A stretch of DNA of 64,000 bases, from the IMG/VR virus record IMGVR_UViG_3300034355_000834; one strand, 5' to 3'. Below the pieces are notes generated by a model. The model made no database searches. It saw only the letters and a program-made list of their open reading frames with translations, and was not told the DNA's origin. This DNA is from an uncultured virus (IMG/VR IMGVR_UViG_3300034355_000834) (taxonomy: Duplodnaviria; Heunggongvirae; Uroviricota; Caudoviricetes). A program made the position numbers and the translations under genes. Below, piece after piece: positions 9,501-19,469 of the stretch. Position 1 is the stretch's first letter, and the number at the start of each line of letters is the position of its first letter.

Positions 9501-12191
9501 AATGTCAATAACTTCCAAAAATGGTTTGGCAACAGTAAAGTGGTTGACGACAACGGCAATCCTCTCAGAGTTTATCATGGAACAGCCAGTGATTTCCCAT
9601 CTTTTAGTTCAAAATTTCAGGGTAAAACAACCGGTGCTACTAGCTCCAAATCTGGATTCTTTTTCACATCATCGCCAACTACAGCAAAATCTTATGCTGA
9701 CTATGCAGCATTAAATGCAAAAGTGCAACAAATATTGGATCAAGCTGATGCTGCTGAAAAGAAAGGTGATTGGGATTTGTATGATGAAAAGATTCAACAG
9801 GCTGAAGAACTTGACGCCAGTTTTGATGATCCAAAAAACAGAGCGCAAGGGCAATCTACTATTCCGGTATTCTTATCTATTCAGAACCCAATGATACTTG
9901 ATGCTCAGGGTGAAAATCCAGCTGGCATTGGTGGAATTGATCCGTTGATTCGCAAAGCCAAGGCGAGAGGACACGATGGCGTGATCATCAAAAATTTTGA
10001 TGATTCTGCTGGACTTTTTAACGATGTATCCGATCATTACGTTGTATTTAATGCAAATCAGATAAAGTCTGCCATTGGCAACAAAGGCTCTTATAATCCT
10101 GATAGCGATGAAATTGTAGATGAATCAATTTCAATGACTGGTGAATACAACAAGGTATTAAACGTCGTTAAACGCTCAATGACAGAATCAGTTGAAGAAT
10201 TTGTTTCTAATTTCAGAACGCTAAACGAGAACAATCTTAAACCCAGTATTCATTATCAGCAGCAAATATTGGAACAAAAATTGTCCAAAAATTTCTTAGA
10301 CGATTTTAATACCAATGTAAGATTTGAAGAAATGAAGTATGGTGGTTACTATGATAACGCCGGTAACATTGCACTAAGTTTTGATATCGTTAAACGACTT
10401 GCAGAGGCAATGGTAAAATCGTTGCTTGATTGGTCACCAGAACCAGGTAGTTATGACGATGAAGGAAACTTAATCATTGACATATCTGATTTTAACGAGT
10501 ATGATGAATTGGCTCAAGATGTTTATCAAACTCGTCCTCATGCTGTTAAAGAATTGGTTGAAATTTTCATCCATGAATATGTGCATCGTGAGCAACATAA
10601 ACGAATTGGACATAAGAATGCTGCCAAGGGAACCACGCTTCCAAATCAATATCGTTCTTACTTACAACGAAATAAAGAATTGTTTGCCAGAGCTATTCAG
10701 AATCTTGATTCAGACGAGGATTGGCGAGCCTATTTAAGTTCACCCCAAGAAATTACAAGCCACGCACACGATCTCGCTAATAGATTGATTCAAGGTGCAT
10801 TGTTTGGTGAGCAATTAGAAGATGTTGGCCCAGATGCCGCAGAATGGGCAATTAAATCACTAAAGAATACACTAAAGGATGCAAGCAATTATCAATCACA
10901 ACCAAAGTATACTCAATTTAACGTGTTTGATAAGGACAATGCAAAACATAAGAAAATTGTCAATAGATTCTTGAAAACGGTTTATCAAGAGGTAGCTGCC
11001 GCTATTCAAACGCTACAGAATAAAGTTCAATCTGGTAATTTATCAGAATCACTTGGTTCACCTTATCCATTGAATCAAGGATTAAATCTTGATAGTGTTG
11101 TATCATATACATGGAAAGATGAAAATAATCTTAAAGGTAGTATCGGATTCATGCGAGGTGGATATGACGAAGATTGGGAAATAACATTCAACGTAGGTGG
11201 AAAATTTAATATTACCAATAAAGGTGATGCATTCAGAATATTCGCCACGGCTAAGGATGCTGTTAAAAGATTTATGACCGCGCCGCAAGGTAAAGGAGCA
11301 GATAGAGTCTACTTCTCTGCCAAAACATCTGAACCAACCAGAGTGAAGCTGTATGATAAGTTAGCTCAAATGATGGTGAAGAATGGATTCAAATTGCACC
11401 ATACTGAAATGGAAGGCAATCAGAAGTATTATTACTTTGATACACCAAATCAAGGTAAAGAAGTGAAAGAATCACTTGATAATACACTGCTTGAAGTATT
11501 AAAAAATCCAGTGGATCACGATTCATTTAATGATCTATCAGATATGATCAATACACAAAACAAAGGAAAAGCGATGAGCGGTCATACGAATGTTATGGCG
11601 ACTCCAGAAATGAAGGAAGAAAATACATACATTATCAGATTCATGGACAATGATCGTAACATTCAATATCATATCTGCACACTTGGAATGGATGGTGGTC
11701 AACGAAAAAAAGCATCAGATGTAGATCCAAAAATAGGATTGGATGCGTTGAATATCATCTTTCATGATGCTAAGTTTTATCTTGAAAAGAAGATGCCAGT
11801 GTTGATCATAGCACCAGATAATAAACGTAAACACAGTTATCTGAAAATGGCAACATTGTTAAAAAATCAAGTAGACAGTTCATTGAACATAGAAGATGTT
11901 GGGATGATAACAGGTGTTGATGGAGCAAGAGGGCTCGGTTTCAAAATTGTTGAAACTCAGTTTAACAAATTGACTGGAATTGATCCCTCATTGGCAGAAG
12001 CACAAACAGTGGCCAAAATGATGCCGGCGGTCAAGTTGTGGAAGGCACGAGTGAAAATCAAGCAACAAAATTACACGGGATATGTCGAGGCAACCGTTAC
12101 TGCGCCGGATATGAGAACTGCTCGTAATATGCTCAAGGCGCTCTATAATGTTCCGGAGCATGAGGTTGGATCAGTGACGTTGGTAAAATAA
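6573..12191 (+). CDS. giant polyvalent protein (1872 aa): two HExxH metallopeptidase-like domains, an ADP-ribosyltransferase-like domain, a GNAT-like domain and repeated unknown domains
   Basis: start reassigned to MKYSEI behind GCTAAATA; HELVH, HEYVH; FQKWFGNSKVVD..VYHGT..GFFFT..GHDGVII..YVVFNANQIKSA; DAFRIFAT. Confidence 0.8.
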   Translation: MKYSEIKIKKEDVSSNMSGTNDSTEMFLNEKDSQSHKEVIKDFILFCKKYLKIAKLPKVTLKKDAEWSSKHKTFGYYNPNDNSLTINLAGRNLMDILRTVGHELVHCKQFESVDMPIDAGETGSAAENHANSVAGILMREYGQLHPELFQMPVLSESIDKLNEILDRNLKTTRNKELEALVNQMDQTAKGHTAVLATEKMADLGVYVVRFLDKTRCIQYHISRINDDQGKLNPLEQDREIGSSALNIIFNDAQHYLTHQHAFPVKILSPKERLGLYLQLARRLASKVSSDLEISEPEPAVNNDGEDVYAFTIRYPNSKGNILEKMLNSGSTDQFKIQDIKDRQELKEFLHKRADQIHSLVGDSSRATLISKKFIDVIRENDEPDEYANWLIDLIQKETYHGELKIGDEICTAFLDIIKHAKEAYFFGSSEPLAIKKFVHNSDGSLNYLILSDGSRFPRVEQASYQGNHLMHMLITKDKDDLTSTIMLAQLKKPEDWTLEVVLDNKAIMEASGYIPTAAQAHDPRFEMALSCDVHPGTLGKVANAFDLNTDSQGKPQIANPNGRVVRENCIEEQTLFESWQEFEHQDQLTEIFDRAVSYDSDKDMIEKFHNRNKEYVYSPFTDVVQSSAMKSNNLFAVRGRNKKDKSMEYHLVSTRHENGKIGDSSQWNNEALKDAMKFVIEDATNFINKGSRIKLMTDDAALYNQYLRIAKPMTQRINRERQHGGEFQVIEAGKTNSIDGQYLDTILIRGTPTKKMESLRNDQTKTSYTPNDINKLTFESFDHYRRWCQSPKTNSNRNPMFHPNRYQGIFIDSKDLLEANDIFTKRKQQAREFSNEFLSLDDRENVALKVGNKISVLSCIVAPTDKISRIELSGFVTPKEIANLLLSNDDKIDAIEFTDGTQYPEKAQETIVDNINLVNTIFFPDKHTADYAMTAIELLLWGMEGKGWKIERYMSESADNLEESLWEELQNHKSGDNVNNFQKWFGNSKVVDDNGNPLRVYHGTASDFPSFSSKFQGKTTGATSSKSGFFFTSSPTTAKSYADYAALNAKVQQILDQADAAEKKGDWDLYDEKIQQAEELDASFDDPKNRAQGQSTIPVFLSIQNPMILDAQGENPAGIGGIDPLIRKAKARGHDGVIIKNFDDSAGLFNDVSDHYVVFNANQIKSAIGNKGSYNPDSDEIVDESISMTGEYNKVLNVVKRSMTESVEEFVSNFRTLNENNLKPSIHYQQQILEQKLSKNFLDDFNTNVRFEEMKYGGYYDNAGNIALSFDIVKRLAEAMVKSLLDWSPEPGSYDDEGNLIIDISDFNEYDELAQDVYQTRPHAVKELVEIFIHEYVHREQHKRIGHKNAAKGTTLPNQYRSYLQRNKELFARAIQNLDSDEDWRAYLSSPQEITSHAHDLANRLIQGALFGEQLEDVGPDAAEWAIKSLKNTLKDASNYQSQPKYTQFNVFDKDNAKHKKIVNRFLKTVYQEVAAAIQTLQNKVQSGNLSESLGSPYPLNQGLNLDSVVSYTWKDENNLKGSIGFMRGGYDEDWEITFNVGGKFNITNKGDAFRIFATAKDAVKRFMTAPQGKGADRVYFSAKTSEPTRVKLYDKLAQMMVKNGFKLHHTEMEGNQKYYYFDTPNQGKEVKESLDNTLLEVLKNPVDHDSFNDLSDMINTQNKGKAMSGHTNVMATPEMKEENTYIIRFMDNDRNIQYHICTLGMDGGQRKKASDVDPKIGLDALNIIFHDAKFYLEKKMPVLIIAPDNKRKHSYLKMATLLKNQVDSSLNIEDVGMITGVDGARGLGFKIVETQFNKLTGIDPSLAEAQTVAKMMPAVKLWKARVKIKQQNYTGYVEATVTAPDMRTARNMLKALYNVPEHEVGSVTLVK

Positions 12192-12194
12192 TAG

Positions 12195-12249
12195 TTGACA
12201 ACCTCAAATCATTCTGTATAATACCCTCCATACCAACCAACAACGAGGA
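12195..12249 (+). promoter_or_regulatory. repeated early promoter/leader module, copy 1
   Basis: ttgaca..ctcaaatcattctgtataatac.ctccataccaaccaac; also at 47307, 48177 and 48773. Confidence 0.8.
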
Positions 12250-12257
12250 AAAATCAG

Positions 12258-12632
12258 ATGGCAATTCAGGATAATGTTTGGTTCCACGGCGTAAAATCTA
12301 ACTGGGTTGAGCGTGATTGGAATAACGAAGATGATGGCAAAAAGCCAATGATATCATTCTTCAGCGATGCTGAAAACAAGGCATTTCACTTTTACTATGA
12401 TCCAGATTCGTCATCGCTATACGATTTCAATATTGAAATTTTCGGCGAGGATGAGGCTGACGATGATTATCAATGCTTCAACACCTTGGCAGAAGGAATT
12501 GAATTTATGAAGAATTTCAACATTGAAATTCCTCTTGACGTTGCAAAAAAGTTTGATTATGATTGCGCCGTTTATCAGTCTTATGTGGATGATCGTGCAT
12601 CTGATGCATCGCCCGATAGCCTACGTTTTTAA
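12258..12632 (+). CDS. acidic hypothetical early protein
   Basis: ORF with SD behind the repeated promoter. Confidence 0.65.
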   Translation: MAIQDNVWFHGVKSNWVERDWNNEDDGKKPMISFFSDAENKAFHFYYDPDSSSLYDFNIEIFGEDEADDDYQCFNTLAEGIEFMKNFNIEIPLDVAKKFDYDCAVYQSYVDDRASDASPDSLRF

Positions 12633-12659
12633 TTCACCTGAAACAGTTGGAGAAACAAA

Positions 12660-12968
12660 ATGAAAAAGTGGTACGAAGTTCATAATTATGCACAAGGCGA
12701 TGAGTACATCACCGAAGGTTCAGATATCAATAATACCGATAACATTTGGACTACGAAGATTCCATGGGATTTTAAACCAGCAGATGATTATGAGCCACCC
12801 AAGCCCCATCGTTTCTCTACAAAAGTTGAGGCAACACGAATTAAGGATCAGATTAAAGCAGTCAGACTTGATGAGTGGAATAGAAACAGCCATATTTACA
12901 AGATTTACGGCGATAAGAAACCAAGTTGGAAAGTATATTCTTTTTCAGAACAAACAAGAGAACAATGA
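12660..12968 (+). CDS. hypothetical protein
   Basis: ORF with GGAG SD. Confidence 0.6.
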   Translation: MKKWYEVHNYAQGDEYITEGSDINNTDNIWTTKIPWDFKPADDYEPPKPHRFSTKVEATRIKDQIKAVRLDEWNRNSHIYKIYGDKKPSWKVYSFSEQTREQ

Positions 12969-13146
12969 TGAAGCAAGCAATATATGATGAAATGTATGCT
13001 CAGTTTCAAGAGGGCAAAATCACAGCACAAGAATGGTATCGGTTCTGCTATGATGTACTTGATGAAATCATTGAGGAAAACAAGAACTGGTCGAAATTTT
13101 CGACCAGTTCTAATTGCTCAAAAAATCGCTAATCAGGAGAATAATC

Positions 13147-14085
13147 ATGGGCGGTAATGTTTTCGGTGATAAAACCACCTCAATCAAAAAAGAGTGGATT
13201 GAACCCACGTTAAAAGCCTATTTTAACGAGCTATCTGCTATCTTTCCAAACAAGAAACATATTTTCAATCTTGAGAATTTTACCTTGTTGGGATCAGCCG
13301 GCAAAAAATCAATCAGTGGTGATATTGATTTAGGAATTGATCTATCAAAAATTTTTGATGAATCGGTGTCGGACGAATCTATCGTTGAATGGAACATTGA
13401 TCCTATTGCTGTAGTAAAAGAAACTGAATTACTTCAAAAGAGAGCAAAAACAGCCACACCAGAGCAATCCAGAAAAAAAGCGTTCTTTAAGCTGATAACC
13501 AAGTATATCAATGATCACGCAAACCACATTTATTGCGACGAAAAGAAAGTATCAGAAGGAAATATATTCAGTTTATTTCCTCAGTACGATGAACATAATG
13601 TAGTACAGGATAGCGCCGTTCAAATTGATTGGATGGTTGGCAATCTTGATTGGTTAAAATTTAGCTATTATTCTACGGTATATCCGAAAGATTCCAATAT
13701 CAAGGGACTTTGTAGAACACAATTGATTCTCTCTATGTTCCAATCGGTTGGACTATCGTTCAATCATGTTAATGGCGTCAAGGATAAAGAAACAGGTGAA
13801 ATCCTTGCATCAAACTCGTCTGATGCCATCAATCTGCTCAATCATAAATTAAATCTGAATCTGACCGAAGAAATCACTCAGAACTATTATTCACTCTATG
13901 AACAGGTGAACCAGTGCAATCGCCGTGATACTATTCTGAATACATTTTTAAGGATCCTTGATTCAACCAGAGTTGGAGTGCCGGATAATCTGAGAGAAGA
14001 ATGGCGACAACGGAAAGAATCCTTGAATTTAACAGGAAAATTTTTGCCAGAAAATGATCCAATGCGTGAATTTTTAGCGGAGTAA
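13147..14085 (+). CDS. nucleotidyltransferase-like protein
   Basis: MGGNVF start; LGSAGKKSISGDIDL; VQIDWM. Confidence 0.75.
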   Translation: MGGNVFGDKTTSIKKEWIEPTLKAYFNELSAIFPNKKHIFNLENFTLLGSAGKKSISGDIDLGIDLSKIFDESVSDESIVEWNIDPIAVVKETELLQKRAKTATPEQSRKKAFFKLITKYINDHANHIYCDEKKVSEGNIFSLFPQYDEHNVVQDSAVQIDWMVGNLDWLKFSYYSTVYPKDSNIKGLCRTQLILSMFQSVGLSFNHVNGVKDKETGEILASNSSDAINLLNHKLNLNLTEEITQNYYSLYEQVNQCNRRDTILNTFLRILDSTRVGVPDNLREEWRQRKESLNLTGKFLPENDPMREFLAE

Positions 14086-14090
14086 TTTTA

Positions 14091-14957
14091 ATGTCAGGTG
14101 CAACCGGCGCGGAAAGAATCAGAAGTCGTGATGATTATGTTCGCTTTTTGGAATCATATAGCAATATAATCTCAGCTTTTGATGGATTCAGATCACTTCA
14201 ATCATCGGGTAGCTATTGCTCCGATTTATCAAAACAATCGTTTGGTGATATTGATATTGTGGTTCACATTGAATCTGAATTATCAAAAAAAGATTTGAAA
14301 CTACAATTGATTAAATATCTTGAGGGATTGCCATCTGATACTATTGTTGAGTTCGCTTCAGAAAAGTATAAGGGAAAGAGAAGCTATAATTCTGGTGAGA
14401 TTGTTACTGTGAGGTATCATGATGCTGACTTAGGTTACAGTGTTCAGATTGACAACATTATCGCATTGTCGGAAAACGAAGCTGAATTTAAGGTATCGTT
14501 CTTGAATATGCCAGCCGCAAAACAAGGATTGATTTTAGGTTTAGTTAAAACCGCTCTGCTAGAAAACGATGCGAAGGAAATCTTTGATATTCTGAATATT
14601 CAAATAGAACCATTAAATGATAATCAGGAATATGAATTTAATCTGAGTTCATCTGAGCTTCAATTAAGGAAGGTAACCTATATTCCTAATACATTCACTC
14701 AGAGTGATCGTGAAGTGATTTGGCGCTCTGTTGACTTTGATGATGTTCTTAGCGTGTTGCCTCAGTATAACTTGAATCAGGGATTTGAAACATTATTAAA
14801 TGTTGCTAAATACACTATACAGCATCCTCGCAGTTTTAATAGAGTTCGTGGTGTTTTTTCTTCAATGATAAGTGTAAAATCAGGTGAGAAAAATACTCCT
14901 AAAGGAAATGAAAAGCTACATTCACTTATGTTGGTTGAGGAGGCATTTTTACTATGA
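14091..14957 (+). CDS. nucleotidyltransferase-like protein
   Basis: SGSY..SFGDIDIVV; VQIDNI. Confidence 0.7.
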   Translation: MSGATGAERIRSRDDYVRFLESYSNIISAFDGFRSLQSSGSYCSDLSKQSFGDIDIVVHIESELSKKDLKLQLIKYLEGLPSDTIVEFASEKYKGKRSYNSGEIVTVRYHDADLGYSVQIDNIIALSENEAEFKVSFLNMPAAKQGLILGLVKTALLENDAKEIFDILNIQIEPLNDNQEYEFNLSSSELQLRKVTYIPNTFTQSDREVIWRSVDFDDVLSVLPQYNLNQGFETLLNVAKYTIQHPRSFNRVRGVFSSMISVKSGEKNTPKGNEKLHSLMLVEEAFLL

Positions 14958-14965
14958 GTTAATCA

Positions 14966-16486
14966 ATGAAAATCAATGATATTATTAAAGAAGATGTATC
15001 GCAACAAGAGCTATCACAAATAGAAGTTTTTGCTAATAGATTATGGCATAAGTATGGCATAGATATTGCATTTACAAAGCACTTTTTAGATAGAGTAAAC
15101 GACTCAAGAAATAAAAAACCAATCTCAGCCGCAGAATTGGTTCGCCTATTCAAAAAAGAATACGAACGGAATGGCAAGAAAATAGCTTCGTTGGACAATG
15201 GCGAACAAGGCGTATTTAAAGACACCTCCACGGATATCAACATTCCATTTGCTGTGAGTGATCGGAATAACGATCACGAATTATTTGCAAAAACAATAAT
15301 GCGAAAAAAGAACTTCGCATCCTCAAGTCCTGAATTTGTCGTCACAGAAATAGAACAAATTCCGCCGCAAGATTTTCCAAAAAAGAACGTTGAGGAAATT
15401 CTGTCTTTGTGTAGTCCTGCTGGAAGAATTGATGAATATATGCTCAACTTAGGACAATCTGGACCAGAACGGTTTATCATTCTAACCGAGGGCAAGGATA
15501 TTGCTGCTTATACTGGTTTCACTGAATTAAGAAACAACCGATGGCAAGCTAAAAATGCTCAAACATTTGAGGGACACAAAGGACAACACTTGATTGGAAA
15601 AACATATAAATTCCTAAAAGAGAACGGAATTTCCTTGGTATCTGATATATTCCAAACACCTGGTGCCAGAGCCATTTGGTCTAAATCATTACCCTCACTG
15701 GGATTAAATCCAAAAATATTTGATCTTGATAGCGAGGAAATCTACGACAGGAATCAAGTGAGCCTGAATGACGTTTATTCTGATGATCCTGAAATTATGC
15801 ACAAATACTGTTGGATAATTGAATCATCTGACAAATATCCGACTCAAAATTTAGTCTATGAAAACAAGTCACTGATGCCAGTCAAGGGATTATGGTACAC
15901 CGACATCAAACGCAATCGGTTATCAGAAGAAGAAGATCCATGTTGGAAAGGCTACAAACAATATGGAACCAAGAAGAAGGGCAAGCGCACGGTTCCAAAT
16001 TGCGTTCCCGTTAGTGAAGATTATGATGAATACAATGATGAAGCGGGAATGGCAGATAATAATCTAGAGACCATCAAGCGAGCCGTAGAGGGGTTGGATG
16101 ACATTATTACCGGCGACAAAAATCTACCAGAGTGGTGTCAAGAAAAAATCGCAGTAGCCAAGTATATTTTGGTGTCCGTTTGGGATTATATGCTCAGTGA
16201 AGAAAATCAAGAGATTGATGAAGATTGGCAAAAAACCAACAAAAAAGACAAAACTGATGGCATGAGCAAAAAAGCGGTAAATGCTTACCGAAGAGAAAAT
16301 CCCGGTTCAAAATTAAAAACAGCGGTGACCACGAAGCCGAGCAAACTAAAGAAGGGTAGCAAAGATGCCAATAGAAGAAAAAGTTTTTGTGCTCGCTCAA
16401 ATGGTCAAAGAAAACAGCATAACATAGATTGCTCTAAGACGCCGGACAAACCAATTTGTAAGGCGAGGAAACGGTGGAATTGTTAG
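14966..16486 (+). CDS. multidomain tagged protein (MKINDIIKED) with a GNAT-like domain and basic virion-type modules
   Basis: FTKHFLDRVND domain; LVSDIFQTPGARAIW; PCWKGYKQYG..VPNCVP; NPGSKLKTAVT..RRKSFCAR..RKRWNC. Confidence 0.7.
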   Translation: MKINDIIKEDVSQQELSQIEVFANRLWHKYGIDIAFTKHFLDRVNDSRNKKPISAAELVRLFKKEYERNGKKIASLDNGEQGVFKDTSTDINIPFAVSDRNNDHELFAKTIMRKKNFASSSPEFVVTEIEQIPPQDFPKKNVEEILSLCSPAGRIDEYMLNLGQSGPERFIILTEGKDIAAYTGFTELRNNRWQAKNAQTFEGHKGQHLIGKTYKFLKENGISLVSDIFQTPGARAIWSKSLPSLGLNPKIFDLDSEEIYDRNQVSLNDVYSDDPEIMHKYCWIIESSDKYPTQNLVYENKSLMPVKGLWYTDIKRNRLSEEEDPCWKGYKQYGTKKKGKRTVPNCVPVSEDYDEYNDEAGMADNNLETIKRAVEGLDDIITGDKNLPEWCQEKIAVAKYILVSVWDYMLSEENQEIDEDWQKTNKKDKTDGMSKKAVNAYRRENPGSKLKTAVTTKPSKLKKGSKDANRRKSFCARSNGQRKQHNIDCSKTPDKPICKARKRWNC

Positions 16487-16498
16487 GAATAATATCAA

Positions 16499-17506
16499 AT
16501 GAGAGCAAAACAGTTTGTTTTTGAATCCAAGGAACAAGAGTGGCGATATATCTGGAATCTTAAAAATTCAGAATCCCTGACTACTGAAGAATGGTGCAGA
16601 GTAGTTGAACGACATCACTGCGGAACCCTGATTGAGAATGACGTGAGTGATAACATGAGAATATTTGAAATGCTCAAAGATTTCGGAGTGGCCAAGCCCG
16701 AGGTAGGCGAGCATTATATTCCAGTCACCGTTATGGCAGCGTCTAGCTTGATGATTTACGACGTTGACGGGCGTTGTCCCCCAGAGAGTAAGCCCCGTCT
16801 GTTGGAGTTGGTGAAAATTAAAAACGGCGATTATTATTTTGACAACAACGGCAGAATTCAACGTTATCCACAAGAGTGGCAATCTAAGGTAATGGTAGCA
16901 GAGACTCTGTGCATTCCAAACCTTGAACAGTACAGGGAAATGGTTACCATGCTGCGGTTGGCCACTGACTCGGATAAGTTCAATAACTTATTGACCGAAT
17001 CCTTGACCAGTCCATATCCTCTGAAACTGGAATATGCTGATAGAAGCAAGATTGATTATTCGTTCAGAACTGATTCTGATGCCAAAGGCGATATTGAATT
17101 CTGGTCAAAAGGTCAAAATTCAGAATGGGAAATGGCCTTTACTATCGACGGCAAGGTTGAACACCAAAATAGAAATACGGGTGAGGTTTTCAGAATATTC
17201 GCCACCGCCGCTAAAAGCGTTCAAATGTTCTTGAATACACCCGAAGGTTATAATATGTCCACTCTGAACATAGAGGCCAGTACTCACGAATTGTCAAGAG
17301 TAAAACTTTATGACCGAATGGTTCCTATACTATCTAAGCTGGGATTGAAGTTTGCCGGCACGGACAATGTCGGACAATACAAAAACTACCACTTTGTCAA
17401 TCCTGATAATCCACCTCAAGCAATATCTGAACCCAATAAAAACTGGCGAGATAGTGCTGACTGGGAATTTATCGAAAATATCCGATCTGAACGGAGAAAA
17501 CAATGA
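16499..17506 (+). CDS. two-domain tagged protein (MRAKQFVFES)
   Basis: second domain LTESLTSPYPL..VFRIFATA is homologous to a domain of the giant protein. Confidence 0.7.
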   Translation: MRAKQFVFESKEQEWRYIWNLKNSESLTTEEWCRVVERHHCGTLIENDVSDNMRIFEMLKDFGVAKPEVGEHYIPVTVMAASSLMIYDVDGRCPPESKPRLLELVKIKNGDYYFDNNGRIQRYPQEWQSKVMVAETLCIPNLEQYREMVTMLRLATDSDKFNNLLTESLTSPYPLKLEYADRSKIDYSFRTDSDAKGDIEFWSKGQNSEWEMAFTIDGKVEHQNRNTGEVFRIFATAAKSVQMFLNTPEGYNMSTLNIEASTHELSRVKLYDRMVPILSKLGLKFAGTDNVGQYKNYHFVNPDNPPQAISEPNKNWRDSADWEFIENIRSERRKQ

Positions 17507-17721
17507 GAGCAAAAGAATTTATTACAGGTTTGACAGAAAATGCCAGCGTTGGTGGCACAAGTAGCGGCTCTGTGGCTACCGTTAGTATGCCATTAGGTGG
17601 CACTATTAGCAGAGGCGGATCATTATTGTCAGGTCAGTCCACCGATGAAGAATTTCCAAATACTCCTGAGCATATTCGCAAAATGGCCAAGCAATGGAAG
17701 TCAAGTAACAAAAACAAATAA
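17503..17721 (+). CDS. small tagged protein (MRAKEF..LTENAS)
   Basis: ORF; ATGA overlap with previous gene. Confidence 0.65.
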   Translation: MRAKEFITGLTENASVGGTSSGSVATVSMPLGGTISRGGSLLSGQSTDEEFPNTPEHIRKMAKQWKSSNKNK

Positions 17722-17756
17722 TTTTTTGCTAAATACTCCATTACACAGGATTCATT

Positions 17757-18194
17757 ATGTTAGCAGAACATCTAAAAATACTATTAGCCAGTACATTCTC
17801 GTACTATATTAAGGCGAGCTTTTTCCACTGGAACTGCTCAGGAATGGCATTTCCAAGTTATCACAAGTTGTTCGGTGATATCTACGAAGGAGCACAAGAC
17901 ACGATTGATACGATTGCCGAAGAGATTCGCACTCTTAGAAGCCATGCACCAGGATCATTGATTAGATATTCTGAATTGACGGTCATACAGGATCAAACAA
18001 AAATACCAAAATTGGAGCTAATGATCTCTGAGTTATTGGCTGATACCGAGATGATGATTGAACTGGTTAATGAATGTTTGCAATATGCAAAAGCCGAGGA
18101 GAAGGCCGACATAGAAAATTACATGGCTGAGTTGATTGCTTTTTATAGTAAGTATCGTTGGCAACTTGAAAGCTGTCTTGAAATAGAGGAATAA
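17757..18194 (+). CDS. dps: Dps/ferritin-like protein
   Basis: FHWNCSG..F..YHKLF..IY..IDTIAEEIRTL. Confidence 0.85.
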   Translation: MLAEHLKILLASTFSYYIKASFFHWNCSGMAFPSYHKLFGDIYEGAQDTIDTIAEEIRTLRSHAPGSLIRYSELTVIQDQTKIPKLELMISELLADTEMMIELVNECLQYAKAEEKADIENYMAELIAFYSKYRWQLESCLEIEE

Positions 18195-18197
18195 GTC

Positions 18198-19469
18198 ATG
18201 TACGATCCATTAATGAATGACATCCTCGCCAAGCTCAATTCAGTTGAATCTGCTGCTTCAAAAAGAAACAACACACCCAATCAACATTCTGGTAACGAAA
18301 TGTTGGATATTCTAAAAAGGTTTGATTTGGCAGAATCCGGCAATAGCAAACTCACACCGGTCAATGTCAAGCATGGACTGAATAAACAACAAAAAGCAGT
18401 TGGACAAGTAGGACCAGAGTTCAAGCCGAAGACTACTAAGGTGCTTACTGCGCCAACTGACCCGAAAAATCCGTTCGCTGGTAAGTTAGTCGGCGGCAGT
18501 GAATCTCGGCGCAATACCAAGCCAATGATTGACGAGGCAGAAGTATCAGAAGATTTATTATCAGATATCAAGAAGAGTCTATCGGATTATATAAAGCAAA
18601 TTGATAGCATTGAGAAAAAAGACACGGACCTGAAAAAGAAGGACAACCGAGATACCGATCTAAAAAAGAAGGACAAACGAGACAGAGATTTTATTGTTCG
18701 GAAGGTAAAAGAAGACCCCACTCAGGAAAATCCGATTATTCAACCTAAGCCGGCCTCATTGGTCAATCCAACTGTTGCTGATACCGGTGCCAATCAGACT
18801 CCCACAGTAGATACTGATTCTTCAAAAGGTGTTCAACCAGTTGGCGAGACGCTAAACGATCCTTACAAAGTAGTATTGCGTGAGAACAGTTCTAGGTTTG
18901 TGTCATTCGTTGGGCATACCGACACAGGTGCAGAAATAGATGTTTACTTTACGAAACACGAAGACGATGAAGAATATAACACATGGGAAGTGGAATTTGG
19001 TGTAAATGGGTCGTTTAACATCACTAACAAGGGCGACGCCTTTAGAGTGTTTTCCACTGTTTCGTATGCATTGCAAACGTTTCTCGGTATGCGCCAAGGT
19101 CTAAAGGCAGATCGTATTTATTTTACAGCAAAAGAACCATCAAGAATCAAGCTATATCAGCGTCTTTCTAAAATGATCGTTGATTACGGGTTCAAGCGTG
19201 TACCACTATCTGAGCCGTGGAAGTTTCTATTTGATCTTAATGAAGATGGCAGTAGTCAAGATAGATCATTTACCGCTGAATCAATCAAATCTCACGAATG
19301 CAACGGCAAGGTATTTGAAATCGTAGAGGGTGAGCATGGTGGATTTCATATTCGCCACAATAATAAATTATCACCATCTAAATTCAAGACATTTTTAGAG
19401 GCTGATACCGCACTTCAATTATTCACGCATCGTTTATCCACTACCGGTGATTATAGAGAAGAACAATGA
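18198..19469 (+). CDS. multidomain virion-type protein with a GNAT-like module and KKDTDL repeats
   Basis: NITNKGDAFRVFSTV..KEPSRIKLY shared with the giant protein. Confidence 0.65.
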   Translation: MYDPLMNDILAKLNSVESAASKRNNTPNQHSGNEMLDILKRFDLAESGNSKLTPVNVKHGLNKQQKAVGQVGPEFKPKTTKVLTAPTDPKNPFAGKLVGGSESRRNTKPMIDEAEVSEDLLSDIKKSLSDYIKQIDSIEKKDTDLKKKDNRDTDLKKKDKRDRDFIVRKVKEDPTQENPIIQPKPASLVNPTVADTGANQTPTVDTDSSKGVQPVGETLNDPYKVVLRENSSRFVSFVGHTDTGAEIDVYFTKHEDDEEYNTWEVEFGVNGSFNITNKGDAFRVFSTVSYALQTFLGMRQGLKADRIYFTAKEPSRIKLYQRLSKMIVDYGFKRVPLSEPWKFLFDLNEDGSSQDRSFTAESIKSHECNGKVFEIVEGEHGGFHIRHNNKLSPSKFKTFLEADTALQLFTHRLSTTGDYREEQ

